A stretch of DNA of 63,371 nucleotides, filler included, from Ministeria vibrans ATCC 50519 (taxonomy: Eukaryota > Protista > Filasterea): NCBI GenBank assembly GCA_943704425.1. It is 7 parts of 7 records of this genome, joined end to end, with 100 filler letters (N's around TTAATTAATTAA, not from the genome) between each part and the next. Parts side by side here need not be neighbours in the genome. Positions count along the whole stretch, not along the records: positions 1 to 26,214 come from CALSCP010000171.1; 6 more parts are not named here. One strand, given 5' to 3'. Shown piece by piece: positions 11,583-22,767 of the stretch. The notes below the pieces were generated by a model, which was not told the origin of the DNA, ran no database searches, and saw only the letters and a program-made list of their open reading frames with translations. The stretch's first letter is position 1, and each line of letters begins with the position of its first letter. The translations under genes and the position numbers were made by a program.

Positions 11583-14258
11583 TCAACGGGCAAACTGACG
11601 GCCCTGCGACTTGGCCTTGTGGTCTTCGGCAGCCTGTTTCTGGAAGCGCTTGCGGTTCTGGTGCTCCTTGGTGAATGCGGGGCCGGATCCGGCAGTACCA
11701 CGACGACGGACAACGCCGCTCTTGCTGGCCTGGACCTTGAGGTTCACGGCAGGGGGCACGGTGAAGCCAAAGGCGCGCGCAACCTAATAACACGTACAAA
11801 ATGTGAATGAGTATTACGAGTGTGTGTGTGTTTATGATAATTTATGTGTATGTATATGTGTGTGTGGGTACCTTTTGAAGATCGAGTCGGTTGACCTCGA
11901 AGATTTGCTTGAGAGAATGTGAGGCGTATGCTTGGAGGTAGGAGCGGAAGGCGTCCTTGGCGGACTGATGGAGATGGTAGTTTGTCGTGACAATCTTCTC
12001 GAGCTGCATCTGAATGTTTGCAACTTTGCTCGAGGGAAACTCGTATTCGTTGAGGGGCACGCGAGCGTGCTTGAGAAAGCGCAGGAAGCCAATCTCTTCG
12101 GGAAGGAGGAAAAGCAGAGCGCGCCCCTTGCCCTCTAGCCCACGCGCGGTGCGGCCCACGCGGTGGATGTACTCTGCACAATCAAGAGTGAAGGGTGTGA
12201 GGGGCATAAGAAAGAAAGGGAAACAAAAAAGAACAAAGTTATAGAGAGCGGGAGAAAGAACAAAGTGATGGAGAAAGTGTGCAAGAGACATAACACACAT
12301 ATATGTGCTACAAGTAGGTCAAAATAAATAATGTTGTTACCCTTGGGATCATCAGGGGGGTCAAACTGGACAATCCAGTCGACGGCGGGGATGTCAAGGC
12401 CGCGGGCAGCGACATCAGTGCAGAGAAGAGTGCCATGAGCGGCATTGGTGAACTCGAAGAAAGTGCTGGTGCGGCGTTGCTGTTTGTGGCGTCCGTGAAT
12501 GTCAAGGACGGGCAGGTCGATGTAGTTGAGCAGCTCAGCGTGATACTTGACCGAGTTACACGAGGAGAAGAACACCATAATCTAAATAGCATATGATAGA
12601 AGGCGTGTGAGCGTGTGTGAGTGAAACGAGTGTCAATAAGACAGACTGGGTGATTGTGTAGTGTGTATAAATGAGTCGATTAAAACAGACAGAGAGTGTG
12701 GATGTGTGAGTGAGTGAGGAACACACCCGTCTTACCTTCTTCTTGCGATTCTTCTTCAAAAAGGTGAACAACAACAAAAAGCGCGCATGGCTCTCACACA
12801 CAATGTACCCCTGCTCCAGCCCACTAACCGTGGCCGTCGCCTGCGCATCATCCACTCCCACATACAGCGGTGTGTTGTGCAGTGAGATGCGCGCAAGATC
12901 ATCCACCCGCCGGGTCTGCGTTGCGCTGAACAGGACTGTGCGTCGTTTGCTCGGCAGTAGTTTGATAATTTGTTTCATTTCTTCTTCAAATCCGACCTAC
13001 AATAAAAATACAATATCATAATATCAGTCACAATTGACAATTCAGTTCATGATGACAATTCAATAATTAATAATAATTAATAATTAACAACTGTCATTGA
13101 ATTGTGACATTTTGAACTAATCTCTCTCTCTCTCTCTTTCTCTCTCTCAATGTTTCCATCCCCAACCACATTCAACATTGACACATTCAATTCACTGAAG
13201 CGACTCTATGAAGTCATTGTTTCTAACCTGAAGGATTCTGTCTGCTTCGTCAATGACCAACATTTGCAAGTTTTGGAAATTGAAGCCTTTGGTGTTCTTA
13301 ATGTGGTCAAGAAGCCGACCGGGTGTGGCCACAATGATGTTGACACCCTTGGCAAGTCGCTCAGCCTCTGCTTTGCGGTTTGCACCACCCATAATAATAC
13401 CAAAGGTGTGCGAGTGGTGCTCAAGCAGATCCCTCAGCACACCGTATGTCTGGAGAGACAGCTCGCGTGTGGGCGAGATGATGATCACGCCTGTCCCGTT
13501 GCGCGCCATAAACTTTAGCTTGTACATGAGCTCCACGGCCGGCACAAGGAATGCCATTGTCTTGCCTGAGCCGGTGCGCGCGGCGCCGAGCAGATCGCGT
13601 CCCTCAAGCAGCGGCGGAATGCATCGTCGCTGCACCTCTGTCATGTGGGTGAAACCCATCGTCTCAATCGCCTTCATCGTCTTCTCCGACACTTGCGATG
13701 CCAGCGACGAGTAAGGCACGCGCTCGCCATCGCTGCCGTCCATGCCAATCGCCGCAACGTGCTGTCGCCAGGCAGTGCGCCCCGTCTCCTCCGCGCCCTC
13801 GCCGCCCTCGCCGTCGTCGTCGTCGTCGTCGTCGTCCTCCTCCTCATCGTCGTCGTCCTCCCCCTCGTCGTCGTCGTCCTCGCTGTCGTCGTCGTCGTCA
13901 CTGTCGTCGTTCTCGTCAAGTTCGTCGCCGTCGAACCGTTCGTCGTCGTCGTCGTCCTCCTCGTCCTCATCTTCGTCCATTGGAGTGTTCACAGGCTTTG
14001 ACAGCTTCCCTCGCGTCGACTGCGACGAGCTCGCTGCCGCCGCAACCGCCTTGCGTTTGGTGGGGACTGTTTCGGTCTACACGTGAGACGAGAAAAAAAA
14101 GGAGAGAAAAAAAAAGAAAAAAGAACAATAACAGTAAGTTGGCAGTGGAGGCGAGAGACACTGGCGCATGCCTTTGTCGTCGTCTTGGGTCGCTTCTGCA
14201 CTGGCCCGGGCGACGTCGGCGCACCTGCTTCCCTCCCACGTTTACTTGTTTTGCCCAT
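11583..14258 (-). CDS. DDX18: DEAD-box RNA helicase HAS1/DDX18
   Basis: 'ARTGSGKT', '[17 protein letters not shown]', 'IDEADRIL', 'FSAT', '[26 protein letters not shown]', '[11 protein letters not shown]', '[11 protein letters not shown]'; acidic N-terminal tract. Confidence 0.95.
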
Positions 14259-14442
14259 CAAATGAATAGAAATTTCTGACTATTCTCTGATCAAATCCTT
14301 CCGATCTCTTTGCGTACTTTTTGACACCCTTTAGCTCACAGGCGGAGTAGTGACTAGTGAGTTGTGTGTTTCACCATTTTCAGAAGAGATTTTATTACAG
14401 TGGGGGGGTCAACAAAAACAATCGAACACTCTGGGTTTGTTG

Positions 14443-14656
14443 TTAGTGGGCCATGGCAGCAGAGGAGGGCGCGGTCTGGATCAGCGTAATGTTGTCTCCC
14501 TTGAGCAGAATGGTTCCTGCAGCAAACACAAAGTGGGGAAACGTCAGTGGACGAGTGTGTGTGTGTGTGAGAGGAGACAGCAGGAAGAGGGAAGAGAGCC
14601 AAAGTGATAGAGAGGGGAGAGAGAGGAGAGAAGGAAGAGGAGAAAAAAACACAAAG

Positions 14657-14733
<77 letters not shown>

Positions 14734-15667
14734 AAGAAAGAAGAGGAGGAGAGCCAAAGTAATAGAGAGAGAGGGGGGTGGGAAGAGAAGAAACAATTTT
14801 GTACCGAGCGACTCGTTCTCCTTTCCCTTCTGCTTGATCTCCGAAGCATCCAAAATGACGTTCATGAACTCATCAAAGCCACTGATCACACCCTCAATGC
14901 GCACCGACGGTTGGTCGTACACCCAGATCTGAACGCGTGTTTTCTATGTGTGTGGTTGTGTGTGAGTGTGTGTGAGTGAGAGAGAGAGGAAAGGCAGAAA
15001 CTCAAAACGGTCGATTGTCCGAAATAGGGACAGCTGGAACACGGTGCAACAAAAGAGCCAGCCTCACAGTGGAGCAGAGTAGCCGGTTTGGGACAGAAGT
15101 GAGAGAGGAGAGCGCAGGAAAAGCCGAAAGTTGGCAGTTTCGCAAAAGTCGTCTGTTTCTCCATCTTGCACGTCAATTCGCGCACCATGCCAAGCAATCG
15201 GGCAGGGTTTCGCATGGGCACACTCGGGCCGACGCCAGAGAGGACGTTTGGCAATGTGGGGGCATTTTCCATCCAATTCGTACGAAAAACGAAAAGTGTT
15301 CATGGAGAACACAGACGACGCGACTCCATGGCGGGGTGAGTACACGCGGCGAGCGTTGCTGGTTGGAAGGCGCATGTGCACGGGTGAAGAGGAGGAGAGG
15401 GCGGGAGGAGAGAGAACGAGAGAAAAGGGGTTTTTTTATAATCTCTCCTTCACTTCGCCATGAAGCGATGTTCACGCCCCGAGGAGCGGAAGCAGTGCGC
15501 CGCAGTAGTGCAGGACCACCCAGCCGACAAAGTACGCTCACTTACCGACTGTAAAAACCGGAAAATCAGATTGATCGGCGGTACCAACACCTACAGCAAA
15601 CAGCCAGTCAGCGGCTGCAAGGCGTACTCAAATCGCATACCTTCTGCACACTTCGTCGCCCTGACAT
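14443..15667 (-). CDS. SNRPE: Small nuclear ribonucleoprotein SmE (4 exons)
   Basis: Spliced: MSGRRSVQK|VLVPPINLIFRFLQS|KTRVQIWVYDQPSVRIEGVISGFDEFMNVILD...|GTILLKGDNITLIQ; Sm1 and Sm2 motifs typical of SmE. Confidence 0.93.
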
Positions 15668-16238
15668 GATTTTCGGCAGGAGAGTGATAATTTTTTTGAA
15701 AATTGTAATGGTTTTGAGTCACTTTGGACTTTGGTTTAACTTCCTCTAACAGCACAAACGTGGCAACATACTGAGAGTCTACAGCAAGTCCTAGCTACAC
15801 ACAGTTGTACGCTGTGCTACTGTGGGACGTGGGTGATGCAATAGGTTGTATTGTGTGTGTCAGAACGTGTGATCATTTTCACTTACTTCGATCACACAAC
15901 ATCACTTCAAGAAACACCACCTACACGATTCATCTACGTTGCAATACACTCTGGCGACATCCTCAACAAGAAAAAGTGATCCGACGTAATATTTTTATTC
16001 TTTGCAACAGAGTTGTACGCAACACTAATGAATAAATTGTGAAACCATTAATAAGATTGTCTCCTGTTTGTTCGCGTGGTGACTGTATCATTAAAATGGG
16101 TTGTATTCTTCTTCTTCTTCTAATTAATAAACCTTTTCAGTCACGAAAACCAACACAGCCGGACGGCAGCTTGCACAAGGCAGCCAAGGAGTTAAGAGGC
16201 GTATGTAAATGTAAGTTCGCGTTCCAGTCATGAGATAT

Positions 16239-16707
16239 TCACAGTGACGCGGAAAGTGCTCCTCTTGAGGGCGGACAGGGTAGCTCACTGGACACACAAG
16301 GAAGAGGATCCTCAAAGAAATAGTCATGTACAAGTGCGGCGTCGGCCGACATGCGCTGCGTTGAATCGTACACAAGGAAGGCACTCAAAAGCGAAAGGGC
16401 ACTCGCAGGCGCATCGGGAACAAGCGAGCGCAGCTCAACGGGTGCCATTGCGTCAAATTCAATCTTGCCATAATCGGGTAGACATGAGAGACCCGGCCAC
16501 ACCTCTTCAGTGGGTGTACCCAACACACTCTGCACTTGGTAGAGCTGATCAATGTCATTTTCGCCACAAAACAAAGGTGAGCCGCCATTCAAGAGCTCCC
16601 CAAAAATACACCCCACTGCCCACATGTCCACACCACTGTCGTACGTTTCGCTTCCATACAGCAGCTCAGGCGCACGATACCAGCGCGTTGCCACAGCGTA
16701 TGACATT
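16239..16707 (-). CDS. CDK20: CDK20/CCRK-like kinase, C-lobe exon
   Basis: 'VATRWYRAPELLYG', 'VDMWAVGCIFGELLNG.SPLF.GENDIDQL', 'LPDYGKI.F', 'FEDPLP'; phase-compatible with the exon ending at 20291. Confidence 0.85.
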
Positions 16708-16746
16708 CTGTGACAGACAAAACAATACAAACAATCAAGGGAGTTT

Positions 16747-16850
<104 letters not shown>

Positions 16851-17041
16851 NNNNNNNNNACGACCAGCGGCGACCGCGACGCGATCCCACGGTTCGCTCA
16901 TCAATTAAATTGAGAATTTGAAATTATTTTTCGGTTTTCCATTTTCCAAAATAATAATCATTTCCAGCGGGTAAAATAATCACTAGCGCCAACAAACCGA
17001 TTCAATCTGGTCCTTCACTCCTCTTTTGGAAATATTTTGTT

Positions 17042-17131
17042 TATTGGCGAGATTCATCCACGCTACATATCCCATGGCACATCGGAATGAAAATGAGCCT
17101 TTCTGAGACGCGTTTCATCAGACGCACAATA
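17042..17131 (-). promoter_or_regulatory. Candidate SECIS element (type II-like) in the 3' UTR of the selenoprotein gene
   Basis: Helix I UAUUG(U)GCG/CGCCAAUA; AUGA...GA core; helix II ACGC+GUCUCA/UGGGAU+GCGU with a bulge; AAA; apical ministem GGCUCAU/AUGUGCC; folded by eye only. Confidence 0.55.
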
Positions 17132-17151
17132 CTTTCAAATATTATCCTTCC

Positions 17152-18037
17152 TCAAAAGCCATTCAACACAACTCGAGCAACACATAGCAGCAGCAGCACA
17201 GCAAGGACCACAAGCACAGCGTGCAGTCGACGAGAAGACGGACTCTCGAGTGCGCTGAGCCAGCGTGTCGTCGTGTCGCTGTAATGAGTGGCGGCCGAGA
17301 CACCGTCCGACGACACGTCGAGGGCCGCAAGAACTTCCTCGACAGGCGCATGGTCGACGGGATGTGCTTCGCGGTGAGCGTATAAACACGTGTCGGCGTG
17401 GCGAGAAAAGACAAAGGAGCCTCCCTGAAGCACCGACGACGTGACCAGGTGACGCTGTGCGCTGCCAATGCGCAGACCGGCAATGGCAGCCGCAACGCCG
17501 TGCTTGCGGATGCCTTCGGGCGAGAGAAGCGGCAAGACAATCGATCGGAACCAACCAGAGTGGAGCTTGAGCGCAGAGCGCTGCAACGTCTGCGTTGGGT
17601 CCAGCAAGAGCGACTGACGGTCCATTCTGACGTCTGGAAGCTGCAGGAAGGTGTCAAAACAGACGCGCAGAGCCAGCCACGCGAATACCTTGAGAAACTC
17701 TCTCGCTTGCACCGGAGTAGCTGCGGCAACAAAGAACACACCCACGCGCGGGGGCAGCTGGAGTGTTAGGATTGCCTGCGCCTGAATCCGACACGCTGAA
17801 CGAACGAGAGAGAAGGAAAAAATTAAGTTCGTTTGCTTTTTCGTCAGTCCTCTGACCCAATCATGCGAAGTTGCGCAGAAACACAACAAGGTTGGTTTCC
17901 TTGGTCAGCAGATCGGGAAAAGAAACGGTGTGGCCCTGAAGGAGAAGGAGAAGGTGAGGATGAGAATGGATTTTTGATCTGCCTACCTCAACAGTGGTGA
18001 CGCAACAAGCCCTAACGGAGGCCAGGTCAACGTTCAT
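17152..18037 (-). CDS. Selenoprotein, AhpC-TSA_2/PRXL2 (SelU-like) thioredoxin fold, UxxC motif, C-terminal TM
   Basis: 'VVFLRNFA-TGA-L-A-C-R' across intron 17796-17856; family motifs 'LLLDP', 'QGGSFVF', 'LYAHREAHPVDHAPVEEVL'. Confidence 0.8.
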
Positions 18038-18110
18038 GTTGATGGATGAGAGGGTTCGTCTAAAAGGGAATGATAATAATGAATAATGATCAAAGTTCAC
18101 TCATATTTTG

Positions 18111-19142
18111 ATGATCTTTGTGGTGTCTCTTTTGCTCCTTCTCACTGTCGTCGCGTACCTTCGTCGTCGCATCGAACAGAAACATGTACATTCGTTGCCG
18201 TCTGGACTGCGTGTGGCGGCTCGTGCTCTGACTCGCGGTATACTGAAGGGGAATGTTCTTCCGTCCGGCGCACTCTCGTCGCCAAAGCCCATTGTGTATC
18301 GCGTTGAGTGCTTCTCTGTCGACGAGCAGCAGGCGAAAGCGTACGCCGACGCCTGCGGCTACACCTGTGCTGCCTTAGCGCAGCTGTGCTACCTGGAGAC
18401 GCGTGCGTCCGTCCTGTACGGGTGCATTGCGACCGACGATGCCTTTCCCGTCAACCCGTTTGGGCTGATCCACCTGCGCAACTCGGCCACGCAGCACGCC
18501 ACGGTGGCCCCCCGACAGCAAGTTGATCTTGAGTGTCGTCTGGGTGAGATTCGCGAGACTGAGCTGGGCGTAGAGTTTGACTTTGTCGCTGAGCTGTTTG
18601 ACGCACAGCACACTCGGCTGTGGCAGAACACGGCTGTGCTGCTGAAGCGAGCACCGAGGACGCGAGCGAAGCCACAGACGCGTGTTCGTTCACTAGGTGG
18701 AGACATATCTTCAGGGCAGAAGGTGGACGAGTGGCATCTTGCTGAGTGGGCAGGGCGGGCGTACGCGCGTGTCTCGGGCGACTGGAACCCGCATCATATT
18801 CACTGGACCATTGCTCTCGGCTATGCAGGTCCCATTGCGCACGGAATGTACCTGGCAGCACGTGCAATTGCCACCGAAGCACGTCGTGGCCAAAACAACA
18901 GCCGCACTCGCAGTCCAGTGCACTATCCACTTCGAATGGACTGCGCGTGGAAACGGCCGCTTGTCCTTCCCAACTCTGCACACATGGTCATTCACCCCAT
19001 CAGTGACTGTGCATCTCCTCCACCGCTTACACACATCCCTGGTGTACTACTCCCTTCCTCGGCCTGTGCGTCGTGTGTCTCCATTGGCATTTTCAGTCCA
19101 GACGGAGTGCCTCATATGAGAGCGGCTCTCTCCACTCTCTGA
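18111..19142 (+). CDS. MaoC-like double hot-dog (R)-hydratase/dehydratase, N-terminal TM, intronless
   Basis: 'YARVSGDWNPHH' and 'PIAHGMY' hydratase-2 motif; 'FPVNPFGLIHLRN' N-terminal hot-dog half. Confidence 0.85.
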   Translation: MIFVVSLLLLLTVVAYLRRRIEQKHVHSLPSGLRVAARALTRGILKGNVLPSGALSSPKPIVYRVECFSVDEQQAKAYADACGYTCAALAQLCYLETRASVLYGCIATDDAFPVNPFGLIHLRNSATQHATVAPRQQVDLECRLGEIRETELGVEFDFVAELFDAQHTRLWQNTAVLLKRAPRTRAKPQTRVRSLGGDISSGQKVDEWHLAEWAGRAYARVSGDWNPHHIHWTIALGYAGPIAHGMYLAARAIATEARRGQNNSRTRSPVHYPLRMDCAWKRPLVLPNSAHMVIHPISDCASPPPLTHIPGVLLPSSACASCVSIGIFSPDGVPHMRAALSTL

Positions 19143-19244
19143 TGTAATTTCCATTTTGTACACTTTATTCAGATTAATTAATTTGGAAGGCGTCTCTCTC
19201 TCAAGCAATGTCTGGAATAGACGGCGGGGTATGGTGCACACACT

Positions 19245-19931
19245 TACTCATCCCCATCTAAAATGACAGTGATTGTGAGTGATTGGTGCGATTGATTGAG
19301 TGTGTATGTGTCTGTGTTTGTGCGTGCGTTTTATTGTGTGTTTTTGTACCGTATTGTGTGTATCTGCGAGAGTTCCACCGCACTGACAAATTGACGCAGC
19401 TGTGCGTTTATCGGTGCGCAGAAGATCAATTCCTAAAAGAGAAATAGGGAAAGTGGTGGTGTGCGTGAGAACAGTCAGAGAGGCGTGTGTGTATTGTACC
19501 GCCAGTGAGCACTGCCACGCGAGGCATTTGAAGAGCAACCAAACCAGACGCAAGCTAACAACAAGAATAACAGAATCAGTTTACATTTTATGCGCACGCA
19601 CGCACACCCAGTGTCGATGACACAGGGGGCTAAAAAAACATGTACAACAAACACTTGTCTACCTTTGGCCCAGCAGTCCCTCGCGCCCCCACCACAACCA
19701 CATACGCTCCTTTGTACTCTCCAATCTGCTCTTCCGCCGCTTTCAATGCTCGTGCGCGAATATGAACCGACCCGTGAAAGTGTCCCCTTTCAAAGCTACG
19801 TTAACTAATTAATGACAAAGCTCATAGAGTAAACTACGACCTTACTCTTCGGAGCTGCGCACATCTACAATCACTGCTTGAAGCAACACTTGAAGTGTAT
19901 CATCCAATGAAATACGCGGAGAAACATCACT
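19245..19931 (-). CDS. TBCK: 3' exons of TBCK (C-terminal rhodanese-like domain); 5' part absent
   Basis: Spliced exons 'SDVSPRISLDD..IVDVRSSE', 'FERGHFHGSVHI...YKGAYVVVVG', 'LASGLVALQMPRVAVLTG|GIDLLR' resemble the TBCK C-terminus; missed by the ORF track. Confidence 0.7.
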
Positions 19932-19995
19932 CTAACAAGTCAACAATGAGTACGAGAAAAAGATTTTAAAAAGAAGGAGAAAGAAACAAAGTGAC

Positions 19996-20134
<139 letters not shown>

Positions 20135-20290
20135 AACAAATTGATAGAGAGAGAGAGAGAAAGGAGGGAGAAAGAAACAAAGTGATAGAGAGAGAGAAAG
20201 TTCAGAGAAAGAAGGGAGAAAGAAACAAAGTGATAGAGAGAGACTGGAGGGAGAAAGAAACAAAGTGATAGAGAGAGAGAATATGTTTAC

Positions 20291-20840
20291 CTATCGCTTG
20301 AAACTCGGGCTAAACCAAAGTCAGCAAGCTGGAGTCTTCGCGTGGCGGGTGCAATAAGAAGATTGGCGGGTTTGAGGTCGCGATGGAGAACATTGTGAGA
20401 GTGACAGTGAGCGACACCCTGCAGAAGCTGCTTCAGATAGCCCTTGACGTGTGCTGGGCGGAGCCGGGGGACCAACGGGTGGCACTGCAACACGCACGAG
20501 AGGTCGCTGGCAAGGTAGTCGAAGACAAGGACCACGGAGGAGCCGCTGGCGAACGAGTCGCGGAGGCGCACCACATTGCGATGGTCCAGCACTCGCAGCG
20601 CCTCCATTTCACGCAGAACTGCCGTGGGTATACTCGTATCACGGCCGCCAGACAACATTCCCGCAATTGGTATCTTCTTCAAGGCAACAGTTTCGCCATT
20701 ATTAACGAAAATGGCCTAACGATGAAAACCTCATTCAAAACAAACCAGTTCTATTAATAATAAATATTTTTGTCCAGTGCCTTGAACACACAGCCATGAG
20801 CGCCTTCTCCGATAGTACCAAGAATGCGGTATTGTTCCAT
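20291..20840 (-). CDS. CDK20: CDK20/CCRK-like kinase, N-terminal exons 1-2
   Basis: 'MEQYRILGTIGEGAHGCVFK|AIFVNNGETVALKKI', 'HRDLKPANLLI', 'LADFGLAR'. Confidence 0.88.
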
Positions 20841-21141
20841 GGTATAAAAATGATTAGATGAATAAGAATAACGCAACTGAAGTAAGTGAGTAAAACTTAA
20901 ATACTATTTCGAATCATGTCTGTTTATAATGAATAACGAATGAGTAGCTTTCACACACTTTCACACACACGCGGTGAGACTGACGGATCCAATCTCTTGA
21001 TAGTTGATACACTATTAACACTATGTATTCACTCCGTTGCCTTCGGTTCGTTACGGTCTCACGTGCACAGTTTATAAACAAACTTAAAACAAAAAAAGGT
21101 TCATTGAAACAATTGCAAAATACATTCCACACGTTTGGCTC

Positions 21142-21980
21142 CTATACCGTCGTATCCATGGCTGCGGCACTATCGCACGTCCTCAATACATAATCCACCA
21201 AACCCGCGCAGAACCTAAACCAAATGTTTGTCAACAATGAAAAACGAAACAAAAAGTAGTGCATACTTTTTGCGGGAAAGAAGACAATTTCGGCCCTATC
21301 AGCGGTCCAACGAGCCATAGGCGTGCTACCAACAATCTTGGTCGCACCAAAAACATTGGCAAGAGACGATCTGTTGTCGAGCAGAGCCACAATCACGGGG
21401 GACGAGGGGTCGTACGCCGAAGGTGTAATCTCCGCCGAATTCGGCACTACCAGCTCGACAAAGACCTCATAGGCCATCTCAAGCGTCGCGTGTGTTCGTG
21501 CCCTCACACACCACTGAGTGACCGTAATATTCGACTTGATCACGTCGCCCATCTTTCGACGGTGCTGCTCAAGTGTCAGACCTCCATGCCGCCACGGCTT
21601 CACCCTCTTCTTCTTCTTCTCCGGCTCCGTCTTCAGTGACTTCCTAGCCGCCACGACCATCCTGCTGCCAACCACATACGCCGGCGGCTCGTCCTCGATG
21701 CAGCCTGACGCAACAAGCTCGACGTCGCTATCAGGGTCGTCCGGAACGTACTCGTCGTCACTCGAAGCGACTGCCTTGCGCTTCGTCGGCTTGCCCTTTG
21801 CCGCCACCTGCAACCCTTCCTCTTTGGACGTCGCTGCCGACGGCGACAGGGAGCTGAGCCCTGAGGATGATGGGGTCAAGAGAAAAACGAAAACTGTAAG
21901 TTCTGAGACGCACAGTACGAAGAGGAGGACACGCATGGACTGTAAACCATGCCTTATCCCTGCGTATGAGGAGCTCATGC
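21142..21980 (-). CDS. Hypothetical protein (basic/acidic N-terminal region, possible globular C-terminal part)
   Basis: Long GC-rich ORF with apparent short in-frame introns; no recognisable motif. Confidence 0.4.
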
Positions 21981-22243
21981 GACTTAAACGCACGGGACAT
22001 GCGCCAGTTGCTCTGCGCGCACAAATCGTACAATTTGTATTTTCATTTTTGCGCGCGCAAATTTTACCATTTCCATTGTCTCCGGTCGCAGCGCCTGAAT
22101 TAGAAGACTTCGACAAATCCAGACATTGAACGTCGCTGTAGCATTGCATGTTTAAAAGGAAATAAAAGAAAAAATGATTAATGAACTGGACAACTGGTGA
22201 GACTGTGAGAGGCAGTCAGATAAAGAAAGCAATATAATTATAA

Positions 22244-22313
<70 letters not shown>

Positions 22314-22767
22314 ATTAATATTAATTTTATATTATAATAATAAGCTGCTCTACTTGTTTTGTACAATGTCTTGTTATACCATTGAGTACAGCTTTCTAGT
22401 CGGCATTAATTATGTTATTATTGATTTCTTCTTCTTTTTTCATTAGCCAACCCGTCTCTGCTCCCTCTCAATGCTCCTGTGGCTTACATAGTGGTTCTGA
22501 GCTGTGTATGCCGTGGCTTTTTCGTTTGTGATTGATAATAAATTGTAAATGTCTCTTCTTCTAATAATAATTTAATGAAAAGTGCAGAGTGCGACATAGG
22601 AGACGAAGTAGAGCTGCGATTATCATCATTAAAAAGATAAAGAGAAATCTACATTGTTGAATCAAAAAAGAAAGCGACAAAAATCAAAAAAGCAGCTTAT
22701 TGACGACCACTCGCTAAAACAATTAAACAAGAGAGGAAGGGAAAAGAGTGAGAGGTGCAACGCAAAA

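Noticed and set aside
13645-14279. Long antisense or alternative-frame ORFs (poly-Ser/Arg/Val), also over 33566-38251 and the giant gene
   Set aside because: Shadow ORFs of GC-rich or low-complexity coding sequence
15130-15330. SmE intron structure as RNase MRP/P, SRP, U3, U17 or a TPP riboswitch
   Set aside because: The defining conserved motifs of each were not found by eye
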